Part shown: one piece after another, positions 1-10,655 of the stretch | Layout: the number at the start of each line of letters is the position of its first letter | How positions within the stretch are numbered: the stretch's first letter is position 1 | NCBI RefSeq assembly: GCF_902459465.1 | Contig: NC_047066.1 | Coordinates: 20,584,001-20,648,000 of the forward strand | From: Asterias rubens | Taxonomy: Eukaryota | Direction of reading: 5' to 3' | Length of the DNA stretch: 64,000 nucleotides | The notes under the pieces: generated by a model | The model's input: the letters and a program-made list of their open reading frames with translations, nothing else | Databases searched by the model: none | Told to the model about the DNA's origin: nothing | Position numbers and translations under genes: made by a program

Positions 1-2033
1 TCAAAGGAACATTGTTCCCTTACCAGTCACTGGTATGTTTAAAGAGAGTTGCAATCATACACAATGTTGCAAGCCAAACATTCGATGGTATACATTACGA
101 TTTATTTAAATGTTCAAAGTGCCGACTCCCCTTCGTGAGGCCCCTTTCATCCATTAAGTTCCAGAATCTCATATAAAACAATATAGTTGCAACACACGGC
201 CTCAAATTGGAAAGTTGATTGCCCGGATAACCTATAGATTATCAATGAACCATGGGTATGAACGCTTGAAATCGATCTGAACGATTCTTCCGGTGAAGAG
301 AGTTACCCAGACATGTCCATCATAGAGTCTGAACCTATACATGCTTAATAAGACTATCACTGCGGGTTTCCCGTCACAACAGTATAACTCAATCTACACG
401 TTGCTCACATTTTAAATCTTCAACAACAACATTAAAGGTTTTTAGTGGTATGTGATAATTTTAACTGTTTAGACAAAGTAGAGATGAAAAGAGTTACCAG
501 ACTATACAAACAGAACCTGCTACTAATAATAAGACACATATCATTTTATCAATGTGTGAAAGCTTCACCACTTGTACACACTGTGGAGAAGATGACACTA
601 TGGGGCCCAAAATCGCCGTGTTAATCACACTAGCATGAAGCTATGTTCACAGAATTACTACATTAAATAAACAAAACATACAGACTCAAGGGGTACCATT
701 CAACTTTTTAAAGTGGTGACCAAGTCGACTTATTTAGTAAGTCCAGGAGTGAAATTATAACTCAAACAGCCAGTTAATAGTAACGTTTTACCGAGGAAAC
801 AAATGGGAGGGTTTACTTTGGGAAGCTGGGAGTGTGGTCACAAATCATAAGACTAAATGTGTGAGATATGGAGCAAGAACCGGTCTTTGCTCTACGGTTG
901 ATCACGCCCAAAGGATCGCCTGTTGGACTGCATGGTTCTTTGAGTGACTATAATACCCACCTTCCTGTACGTAGAGAATCAATGTTTTGAAACTCAGACT
1001 CGGGACATGCCTTTAATGTACCGATACCTCTTAAAATATCAATGACAGTGTACCCATGGATTCGTTAGCTTGAACCATGCACACGATCTATGCTTTCAGC
1101 GACCGGTTTATTACTTCCCTTGAGACATAGTCAATGTGCTGCGAATCCCTAGGAGAAAAGAAACTCGCAATGCTATTGACAGAGAACATCAGAAAATTCT
1201 TTGAAGCACTTTCCTATGATTCGCCGCAAGCATTTTAAGAATCGGGCTCCTCCCTGTGCGCTATAGTTTCTTCTCAAGTATATTTAAACCCATCGCTGAA
1301 TTCGGTACAACATCACGCACTCTCTTTCAAGACAACCGCCTTGACTAGAGGCTACTCAGCCACTGGCTGACACCGATGTGCCATCAACCCGTACGTTCAC
1401 GGAGCGATATCTGGGCGTGACGGTCTGAGGATCACACACTGTGGTGAATAACACTGTCATTAGCGAACCGGAGTTGACAGTTTCCAGGCGTTTGGTTTAC
1501 ATAATACACGTGCTCCGCATTGCCGACTCTATATTAATTGGGATGGGTGCTAATAAACAAGGAAGCGGTAGTGTTGATACAACTTGAATGTTGAACCCTG
1601 AAGGACGAAGGAGCTTGTATTAAAATCAATAGATGAGACTGTAGGATTTTCAAACCAATTCAATTCACTGGATGTAATTTATCCCTGGCAATTTATAATG
1701 ATGCACAAATTGATAACAACCCAAGTATAGGCATTACACAGTCACATTGTGTACATACAATGTTGTAGCAACCTGGCCAAAGAAGAGGAACAAGTAAATC
1801 AAATTGATGTTGTACTTCCCATATGGGGCAACAACAGACTTTATATAAAGACACCAGACAGCATATTCTCTCAGGATGAACCTTCAATAAAAACTTTCTT
1901 TCTGTAAGATCTTTCTGTGAGATATTTCTTAAAACGATATTAGTTGAGACATCACATGTTTAAACAAGTTCCACAATCACTTCCCAACAGTGGTATAAAT
2001 GCATTACATAATTATTTTGTTTATAACACACAG

Positions 2034-2078
2034 GATGAAAGAAACCAAGTGCTGACTTCGAAGGTGTGGGTTAAACAG
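2034..2078 (+). CDS. nAChR exon (45 nt), DERNQVLTSKVWVKQ
   Basis: cacacag|GAT...CAG|gtaaac; matches the conserved 45-nt nAChR exon (DEKNQ...WLKQ type). Missed by the ORF track. Confidence 0.93.
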
Positions 2079-5000
2079 GTAAACAATTTGTGAATTTTAA
2101 ATAGTATACGTACAAGAGTGTTAAAATAATACAACTACTTGGCTGTCTAAATACATTATCAGTCGAGTAGTTTGAAGAGACGCGTCCTGACACGTGCTGA
2201 GCAACAACCAGCTGGTTGTGTCATCTTTGGTTTAACGAGAGGTCGAACACAGTTTGCAAGCAAGTTTAATTACAAACTACATTTCCACAAACCTAATGAT
2301 TTTGGTCGTTTCTCGACAGCTAAACTGAAGTCTAATTACGAAATGCCCAGGGCAGATATCCCTGAAGAAACAATCAAACAGATCCTTTTATTTAACGTGG
2401 ACTGTATTCATCTAGTGTGAGGGATGTAGCTCTCTTCAAAATGCAATTTTCAGTCCTTGTTGTCTTTTGTCTACATTTTCCTGCAAAATGATCCAATGTC
2501 ATCCTTCCATTCTTCTGTATTCTGCCTCTTTGTTAGTTTCGGGCAGTGTGTCCAGCCCATATCCATTTAGCTTGCTGTAATCTACTTGTGCTGTCCCAAA
2601 CACCAGTTTTCTTGCGTGTTTCCTCACAGACCCTGTCTTTGATGAAGCATTGTCTCTCAAATTGCTCTTTGAGCTGCACAAAGTTTGTGTTTTGTTGTTA
2701 CCAAAGCAAACACCAACTTGCGGTAGGGAATGACCAGTAACTTGACTGTCTTCGTAGCTTGTTGCAATCTATTTGTTGTCTAAAACTCCAGTTTTCTTGC
2801 GTGTTTCTGCACACCGACCCTGTCTTTGATGACGCACTTTGTCTCTCGATTACTCTTCGTGCTGCACAAAGTTTGTGTTATGTTGTTGCCAAAGCAAACA
2901 CTAACTTGCGGAAGGGGATGACCAGTACCGGTAACTACACTGTTTCCACCGAGCGAAGCTTGTGATATTACAGCCTTTAGGCATTGCTTGAAACAGTGGT
3001 TGCAATATTTAAAGGTCAATGAGTGATGTGTTTCTTCACGCAGGTGTGGAATGACTACAACCTCAAGTGGAATCCTGATGAGTTTGACGGCATCGAGAGG
3101 ATAAAGGTACCAAGTGACGCCATATGGATTCCGGATATCCTCATTTACAACAAGTAAGTGTGATTAAGATTCTCGTTGAAAACATCTACAGGGCGCTCGA
3201 TATTCTGTGGGTGCTTTTTACACCAACCTGAAAAGTCACAGGCTCATAATGGGACATCATAAGAAGATTAAAATTTGTAACTTGGTATACAGATATGGTG
3301 AAATTATAAGTTTGCGACAGTAACATTGCTGCGAAAAATATTGTTCGTTCCTTGTTCTGAAGTTGGAATGCATCCATGTGGAAAGAAAAGTTCTGCCAAA
3401 CTTCGCACGATAGAGTACACTTTACTTTGTTATTGAGACAAGGATCATCATTGGTCCCAATGCAACTTTTACAAAATAGTGTTCAAAACTCTTCTGCCTC
3501 TTTAAAATGGAAATTCATGTGAGATTGTTCTTTTGTTTTTTTACTGCAGTGCCAACGGGTCATTTGACATGCAAACTGGAGCCTGGGCGAGCGTAGACAG
3601 CAACGGCAACGTCAACTGGTCTCCGCCCGCAGTCTACAAGAGCTCGTGTAAGATCGACGCACAGTACTTTCCTTTCGACGAGCAGAACTGTACCATGAAG
3701 TTCGGGTCGTGGACCTACGACTTTGGAAAGATTGACTTGATACCTTCCAGCCCGAGTGCAGAGAAGAAAGATTATTGGGAGAACGGTGAATGGGCGATCA
3801 TCCAGTCTCCGTGCGAACGGCACGTCATCAGCTACCTGTGCTGTGCCGAAGTGTACGTCGATGTCACATGTACTTTTCTCCTACGCCGGATGCCGTTGTA
3901 TTATTTCGCCTATTTGTTGCTGCCCTGCGGCCTAATCTCCTTCAACACCGTCTTGGTGTTCTACTTACCACCGGATATCAGTGAGAAAATGTCACTTTGT
4001 ACCTCCGTCTTGCTGTCCATGGCGTGGTTCCTCTTGCTTGTCACGCAGCGCATCCCGCCCACAGGCAACAACTTCCCTCTAATCGTCAAGTACCTTCTGT
4101 TCACGATGGTTGTGGTGTCTTCCTCGATCATTCTCACAGTGTTTGTGCTGAACATTCGCTACCGATCGCCCCACACCCACAAGATGCCAAAGTGGGTCAG
4201 AACCATATTCATTAATATCCTCCCAAAATACATTGCCTTAAAAAGACCAGAGCGATACGACCAGAGGTGTCGTAACGTTGGAGTTGCGTTGACAAGGGAG
4301 GCAGTGACTACAAAATATGTAGACGCAAAAAAACTTGTTATGGAGAGCAAGGGCAATAGTTATACAGTACGGTTGCGCAATGAGGTGGATCGTGAAAATG
4401 GACTGGAGACAGATTCAGATGGTGACGTCATCACATCAGGTAACCATGGTAGGACAACAAAAATACCATATAATCACAAATATGTTCGTATGATCAATGA
4501 AACGATTTAAAGGGAATCTAAATTTAACGAGAGCTTATGTATGTTTTGTTTGTAGGAATTTACCAACAACACTTTATATTATAAGCCAAGTTAGAATGCT
4601 GTGCAGTGAGTAGAATCGGGGGGGGGGGGTGGGGGTGGGGGGGGGAACAGGAGCATGATTTGTATATGTGTTCACAGACAGTGATTAGTAACGCAATGAC
4701 ACTCGCCAAGTAGCCATTAGCTTGTCACATTAACCCATTGTGAATATTGCTTGGAACCAACAAACATGCATGATAGTTTACTTTTACCCTTGTTGGGATT
4801 CAGTTTGACAACAGAGATATAATCCAAAATAAAGACTTCGACTCACAGGCCATGATCAAATAACCTTCAGCATCATTGTTAACGATGGCAGCAGCCAAGA
4901 GCCATAGGTGTAGCCAAAGTAGCTTAGTTCGCACATTATTGTCTTAATATGCTTGTTTGTAGTCCTTTTCGAAAGTTCTTAAAGTAATTTTCGGGGTTAC

Positions 5001-8000
5001 ATTTTCGGGGTTATGTAGGCTAAAAATGCTTCTTCACATAGCACTGTATTAGCTCAGGTGTATTTTATTGCACACAGAGCGGAATGGTGATGCATGCGGG
5101 GCCGGGGACGGGAGTAGACACCCATCCTTCTCCCTTACACCCACCTACTGGGCCGCTGCTGCCTCCTCTGCCACTGGCAAGGCAGACGCTCCATCTAGCT
5201 CCAACGGACTTCGCAGAACAAGTCCAGGTATCTAGAACACGTTTTGGTATTAGAAACTGGCCATTAGGGCTTTACCCAAATTTTGTGTATAATGACCTTT
5301 CCGTGGTTGTAGGCTACAATTGCATGTACTTATATATTGGTCTAAACACTAATCTCTTCTATGCTGATTGGGAAGCGGGTATAGCGGATCCGGACTAAGC
5401 TTGTGTATTTAAGGTGTATTTCACAGAATGAAACCATAGACTTCACAAAAGTTATCTTTGGCCAACTTGGGTCCCACAAAGGAAATCTTATAAACAGAGA
5501 GTAATAAGACAACAATAGCAGGACCCCCACAACCCTGATCCGTAAAAGTTGTGTGCACAAGCCCAGTGCATGCAGACGTCACACACAAGCAGCCGCCATT
5601 TGCAATTTGCAAAACATAACACAACAAATTTCATCAACAACTTTTTATTTATTCCTCAAACAAAAAAATGACGTCAGGTGATTTCAATGAACAAAGGCAA
5701 CTCGCTCTCCAGTCAGTATAATAGAATGGATTTCCCACCGGATATTTAGAAGAGTGACACTTTAAAGACAGTGGACACTACTGGTAAATGTCATACACCA
5801 GTCTTCTCACTTGGTGTATCTCAACATATACATAAAATAACAAACCTGTGAAAATTTTAGCTCAATCGGTCGTCGAAGTTGCGAGATAATAATGAAAGAA
5901 AAAACACCATTGTCACACGAAGTTGTGTGCTTTTAGATGGTTGATTTCGAGACCTCAAATTCTAAACTTGAGGTCTCGAAATCAAATTCGTGGAAAATTA
6001 CGTCTTTCTCTAAAACTATGTCACTTCAGAGGGAGCCGTTTCTCACAATGTTTTATACCATCAACCTCTCCCCATTACTCGTTACCAAGTAAGGTTTTAT
6101 GCTAATAACTATTTTGAGTAATTACCAATATTGTCCACTGCCTTTAATCCATACGAGACCAACCGGGTTTATGAGCAATAAACCCCACTTTGTTACACCT
6201 GCATGCTTGTTTAAAGTTGATTAATGTGTTTTGTCAAATTACTGTTCAATAACAATTAAACATTGTAAGGGAGAAAGGGGGAAGTACAATATTTTGTTGA
6301 TACCCATATGTTGAAACGCATGAACCGAGAACTGTCCACAACTGAGCGGACAGGTAAACTAGTCTAATTACAAATCAGTCAGCTCTGATTATGATCAATC
6401 ATCGAAATGCAATATCATCTGCAAAATGATATCAATTGAGCCATGCGTAAAGGTAATTACTTCAACAAGAAAATAATATCTCGCTGGGTCAATGACGGTG
6501 AAGAAGAACATAGACCATTTCACTCATATCAACTCCGGTGTGCGTCCGTGTTTATGCGATTGTCATCATATACAAAATATTACAACACTCATACAAACTA
6601 AGACCAAAGATCACTGTAATAATGTGAAGAATTGTTCACAGTTCATTCTCCCCGAATGGGTAACTTTTTCTATTGTAATCTTAGACAAGTACACTTGTGC
6701 AGTTACTTTATAATGTCATCAGCTTTTATGCAGTCTTCGCCCGGTACGAGTATCGTGGTTAATCCATCACTGTTTGCCGACTGATACACATAGGCTTCTC
6801 TGCATTTATGCTGCAGATGTAGAATGGCTGTAATTTAAATCCTAATAAGACAGGGTTTGTTTTATTGTGGAACCGGCAAATAATCCAAAAACAGAGTCGT
6901 CCGGCACCCTTGGGCATTTGCTTTATCTCTCACTCGTCGTCGACAATTTTGAAGCGGTGTTCCTCCACTTATACAATCTATTTCAAAATGATCCACGCAG
7001 CCACAGCCGGGACCGGAACCCAGGCTTCAAACCGTGCTGGTAAGCGCGACGTTCATTGTAACCACACTAGCTGCCATTCCGTTAACAACAACCCTACATG
7101 GAAGATGGCTTAAAGACCCCTAAGTGAACGTAATCACTGTTACTAGCAAGCCTTGGGAATCCTGCAAACTAGTGCCTATAAGTGAATTGGAACCAGAAAC
7201 ACCGGGGTTAACCCTTACACTTTCATGACACGTGTTCTGGTGTTCTTTTACGTGCACGAGATCCTATCGTACAATCAAAAAGTACACGAGACCACGGCTT
7301 AATGTCCCATCCGAAGGACGAAGCAGTTGTTTATGGACACAAGTGCCAAGACCAGGACTCGAACCCACACTCTGCTTATCAGAAACACAAGAGCTTGAGT
7401 CCATTGCTCTTAACCTCTCGGCCACAACACATCACAATGTTTTGATGTTGTACTGGAGTTGAAACTTGCCTCCTCCATGTTATTGAGAGGTTTCACACCG
7501 TCGGCAATCCATGTCAAGAGTACCCTGGAGGCATACTGGAGATCATGGATTGGGTACCACTTATTAGGTGCCAGACTATCCAGCTTACGCACAGTTGTTC
7601 GGAGGGTCGTCTATACTTTTAATGGTACCCGATCAAGTATGTTATATGTCACTGTATCCCCTGGCAAGATGTACATAAAGGTGTATGCTGCAGAAGGGGG
7701 AAACTCGGTCCAATTTGTTGAAAAATTAAATACGGAAAACAAACACCACAGATAGCAGTACAACTGGGATTATCTAAGTCAGAGCACTTGGTAATATAAA
7801 ACAGATGACTAACAAATCTATACGCCATTACCCCCATTACCCCCCATGGTCCAATGGGTCTTTAACACATTGTTTCAAGGAGTTTCATACAAATTTAAAG
7901 TCAGCAGTGACATATGTAAAATGTCGATCACTGGAATGAAATGCGTCTCACCTTGCTGGGTTAATAGTTACAACGGGGACCATCAGGTTTGCAATTCCAG

Positions 8001-10317
8001 GTCAATCTGGCCCTCAATGTAAGTTCCGGTAATCATACCGTTCCATCTGCCCGATAGTATGGGATTGTTCTGTTTACCAAAGGGTTGTGCACCAAGAATT
8101 GGGTCCCAACAGACACCAGCTTTAACTTCGTCCCTCGGCCATACCCCCCAAACGTGCTTGTTTACAAGTCCAAAGCATGACATAATCAGCATTAAAATCC
8201 TGGCCCGTAGACAAAAGCATATTTATTGCGCATTATCTTTGGAGTAGTCCTGACCCATTTACTAGTGGTATCCCCAAGGGCACGGCAGAGGGACCGCATA
8301 TCTGTCAGTTTAGGAAAGCAATTACAAAATGAAGAGTCCGTACTCTCTGGATAAAAATCTTTGTCAGACGTAATGATGTGAGGGGTAAATCTGCTCAATC
8401 AAGCCGGTGGCGAAATTTCACACGAAAATAGCTTGATGCCTTTGAACCTCAGACCGTACATGTGATGTTTGAAAGACGAGCAATAATTGCCGCCGTTTAA
8501 AATCTCCATCCCTCGGCAAGAAAGGCAGGATTAATTAGTGTGGGCACATCTTCCTATAAGGCTTGGTTTGCGTGCGACTGCAGACGGTGATTTTAGAAAC
8601 ATGATAGGCACACGCAGATTATTGTCAAGATAAAAAGCTGGTGGTGTTGCCAGCTTTTGCCGATGCTGAGATTTGAATGAACCTGGAGAGATCCATTTAC
8701 GTCACCAAGTACTGATGCCGAATCGCGATCAGTAAAACGTAATTTAAACCAATGACAAAATGCATGGAGTTGAACTCACAGCTTGGAAGATGTCGAGAGA
8801 TATTGTCAACTGATTTACAAGAGCAAGTTTATATTTTTTTCTTTTTACTACAACAAAAAACCTTTTTATGACGATTTGACTGCATGGAAAATCAAGGCAC
8901 TTTTATCTTACAAAGAGCTCACTGCATGATCAAAATTTACACAGAAAAACCCACACGTCTGAGTATTAAAGAAGGTTACCTTTGAAGAAAAAAGGTGGGA
9001 GCGGGCACACTAACTTGTTTAACTTTTAGTAAAATATGCAGTGCGCCTATAGCCAATGTGATCTACAATGCGGGGGGGAGGGGGGAGGGGGGGGGGGGTT
9101 GCGCGGTGAAATCATGATGTGGGAACGAGGTTGGGTACCGCCTTTTCAGAGAGAATTGGGAACAGGGGAGAATACAGAGTAGCGGTTCGAACAATGGAAT
9201 TGGCGAAACACTTCCATATAGCGGCAAAGGCACCGCGTGTAATCGTGACAGGGTCGTTGTTCGTGGGTGTTTGTTTGTTAGTGGGTGTTGGCTTGGTGTT
9301 GTTCACTGGTTGCAATTGTTCACTGTAATAGCTATAGCAAAATAACACTTATCAATAATAATGAGGTAGGCCGTCATGTAACAATATAAAACCCTCCTTG
9401 CTCATTTTAATTTCAGCGGGTCAAGAAGAGCGCCAGTCATCTAGTCGGTTCCTACCCTCTACCAATCACGATCCTGACCCCTGCGAGGCCATGAATGTAC
9501 ACAGGGCAGTGGAAGAAATCATGTACATGACGTCGAGATATAGAAACGAGGATGACTTGGTTAGGGTAAGCAACTAACCTCAATCGCCTCATCCATTTAT
9601 ATATTTATTTTATTTTATATATTTAACACCCAACAACACAATTGGCCCCTTAGATAGGAAATGGGAAGAAAATTTTTAAGTTTTAGAGAAAAAAACCAAT
9701 AAAGGAAAACCCATTGGTTTTACCCTTTTTTTTTTTATTTCCTCTCACATCTAAAACTTAAACACGAAGTAAAGGTAGAGACTGAAACACCCAATCAACA
9801 TGCAAGGCTCAAGTCTGAGGTGGGATTTGAACCAGTGTCCACAAAGCTGACAGACAGGGAAAGGAACAACTGAGCCAACCTGATTTTACTGTAGATCATT
9901 ACATTACCATATTGAATCACTACATATCTGTTAAACCACATTGGGGCTAGAAGGGTGTGGGAGTCAAACCCTTTCCTGGGGAGCCCCCCCCCCCCCCACC
10001 CCTTACAAAAAAAGATCGGGAAAAAACATCTGACTGCGTCACGGCTTTTTGGTATGATCATGAACGTTAGCGGATTCATTACTGTTACTACACTCAAGGA
10101 TCACTCCAAAAAAGGGTATCTACTGATCGGACTATTGCTCATGAAAAGTGATTTATTCTTTTCTTCTGTACAGGCACGAGAGGATTGGAAGTACGTTGCC
10201 ATGGTAGTAGACCGCATCTTCCTCATCATCTTTCTCTGCGGTGTCTTCGCTGGCACCATCACAATCATGTTAGAGGCTCCTTTGGCCAAGGAGTTCTTTG
10301 CACAAGCATTCATATGA
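2034..10317 (+). CDS. Nicotinic acetylcholine receptor alpha subunit, 5'-partial gene model: join(2034..2078,3044..3153,3550..4439,5078..5227,9417..9565,10174..10317)
   Basis: Spliced frame is 1488 nt (495 aa + TGA) and all introns are GT-AG. It contains loop D W (VWVKQ), loop A ([10 protein letters not shown]), Cys-loop CKIDAQYFPFDEQNC, loop B WTY, loop C vicinal cysteines YLCCAEVY (alpha type), M1-M3, the MA helix and M4 (EDWKYVAMVVDRIFL). Signal-peptide and RPV exons were not found in the window. Confidence 0.96.
2430..2950 (-). mobile_element. RTE-clade LINE 3' ORF relic with internal ~187-bp tandem duplication
   Basis: Minus-strand frames give KLCAAQRA (frameshift) ERQCFIKDRVCEETRKKTGVWDSTSRLQQAKWIWAGHTAR, the RTE C-terminal KWxWAGHxAR signature. 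Copies at about 2568-2753 and 2755-2947. Confidence 0.75.
3044..3153 (+). CDS. nAChR exon (110 nt), [37 protein letters not shown]
   Basis: ttcacgcag|GTG...AA|gtaagt; conserved 110-nt exon carrying loop A. Confidence 0.96.
3550..4439 (+). CDS. nAChR large exon: Cys-loop, loops B/C, M1-M3, start of intracellular loop
   Basis: ttactgcag|T GCC AAC; lies within ORF 3533..4510; donor CAG|gtaacc at 4440 (phase 1). Confidence 0.96.
5078..5227 (+). CDS. nAChR intracellular-loop exon (150 nt, phase 1-1), ERNGDACGAGDGSRHPSFSLTPTYWAAAASSATGKADAPSSSNGLRRTSP
   Basis: tattttattgcacacag|AG...CCAG|gtatct; GC-rich, open in the required frame and phase-compatible at both ends. Confidence 0.8.
5766..6143. mobile_element. 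TTAA-flanked MITE (Kolobok-like termini), full length
   Basis: ttaa|AGACAGTGGACACTACTGGTAA ... TTACCAATATTGTCCACTGCCT|ttaa; internal hairpin gatttcgagacctcaa-ttgaggtctcgaaatc near 5943-5983; non-coding. Confidence 0.85.
7185..7428 (-). mobile_element. tRNA-derived SINE
   Basis: Minus strand begins gtgttgtggccgagaggttaag (A box) and has gggttcgagtcct (B box), followed by a non-tRNA body. A degenerate relative lies near 20870-20950. Confidence 0.8.
7440..8400 (-). mobile_element. Heavily decayed CR1/L2-type reverse transcriptase fragments
   Basis: Degenerate motifs EVKAGVCWDPILGAQPF (cf. AGVPQGSILGPLLF), DLELQT and VRKLDSLAPNK, interrupted by stops and frameshifts; motif order is not fully colinear. 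Confidence 0.4.
9417..9565 (+). CDS. nAChR exon with MA helix (VHRAVEEIMYMTSRYRNEDDLVR)
   Basis: ttttaatttcag|CG...AGG|gtaagc; phase 1 in, phase 0 out; matches the AVE..YI MA-helix pattern. Confidence 0.92.
10174..10317 (+). CDS. nAChR terminal exon, M4 (AREDWKYVAMVVDRIFLIIFLCGVFAGTITIMLEAPLAKEFFAQAFI*)
   Basis: ttttcttctgtacag|GCA; canonical M4 signature; stop TGA at 10315-10317. Confidence 0.96.
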   Translation, partial: AREDWKYVAMVVDRIFLIIFLCGVFAGTITIMLEAPLAKEFFAQAFI

Positions 10318-10442
10318 GAATTGGACTAACTTAAAAACTTTGATGCCAGCGTTGAAGCCATGCAAAAGGTCAAGATCTACCGTAGGAGTTCGCTATGGCG
10401 GCATCGGCTTGATTGATGGTTTAGAGGAAGGATAACTTTAAC

Positions 10443-10655
10443 TTCTCTGTGGTGTCTTGGCTGGTACAATCACAATCATGTTGGAGGCTCATCTAGCTAA
10501 GGAGTTCTTTGCTCAAGTCTTCGTATGAGAATAAGAAACTGTTTGAACGTGGAATAAATTGAAAACTTTGATGCCAGCGTTCAAGCAGGTTAAGATCTAC
10601 TGTATGATCATTCGCCGTTTGGTGGCAGTGGCCTAATTGGTGGTTTAGAGGAAAG
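10443..10655 (+). pseudogene. Diverged tandem duplicate of nAChR M4 C-terminal half, stop and proximal 3'UTR
   Basis: Aligns to 10232-10432 (offset about 211). Reads LCGVLAGTITIMLEAHLAKEFFAQVFV*. Preceded by in-frame TAA (10439-10441) with no acceptor. Contains the first downstream AATAAA (10553-10558). Confidence 0.85.

Noticed and set aside
1875-1903. cag|GATGAA look-alike of the 45-nt exon (possible mutually exclusive exon)
   Set aside because: Stop after 10 codons, the nearby donor gives 29 nt (frameshift), and there is no similarity beyond DE.
1-2033. Missing nAChR signal-peptide and RPV-containing exons
   Set aside because: Near-matches (DYNTHLPVR near 945; GEKKLAMLL near 1165) lack splice sites or hit stops. 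These exons probably lie upstream of the window.
4618-4646. Long G/C runs with G-quadruplex potential (also 9074, 11917, 13868, 19511, 31223, 50146)
   Set aside because: Ubiquitous homopolymer tracts across the window with no positional pattern.
5084-5398. 104-aa ORF from the track
   Set aside because: Wrong frame over a real nAChR exon; it then runs into intron.
7380-7428. Possible tRNA genes (also 24472-24560 and 13370-13415)
   Set aside because: A and B boxes are present but there is no complete cloverleaf, and they continue into SINE bodies.
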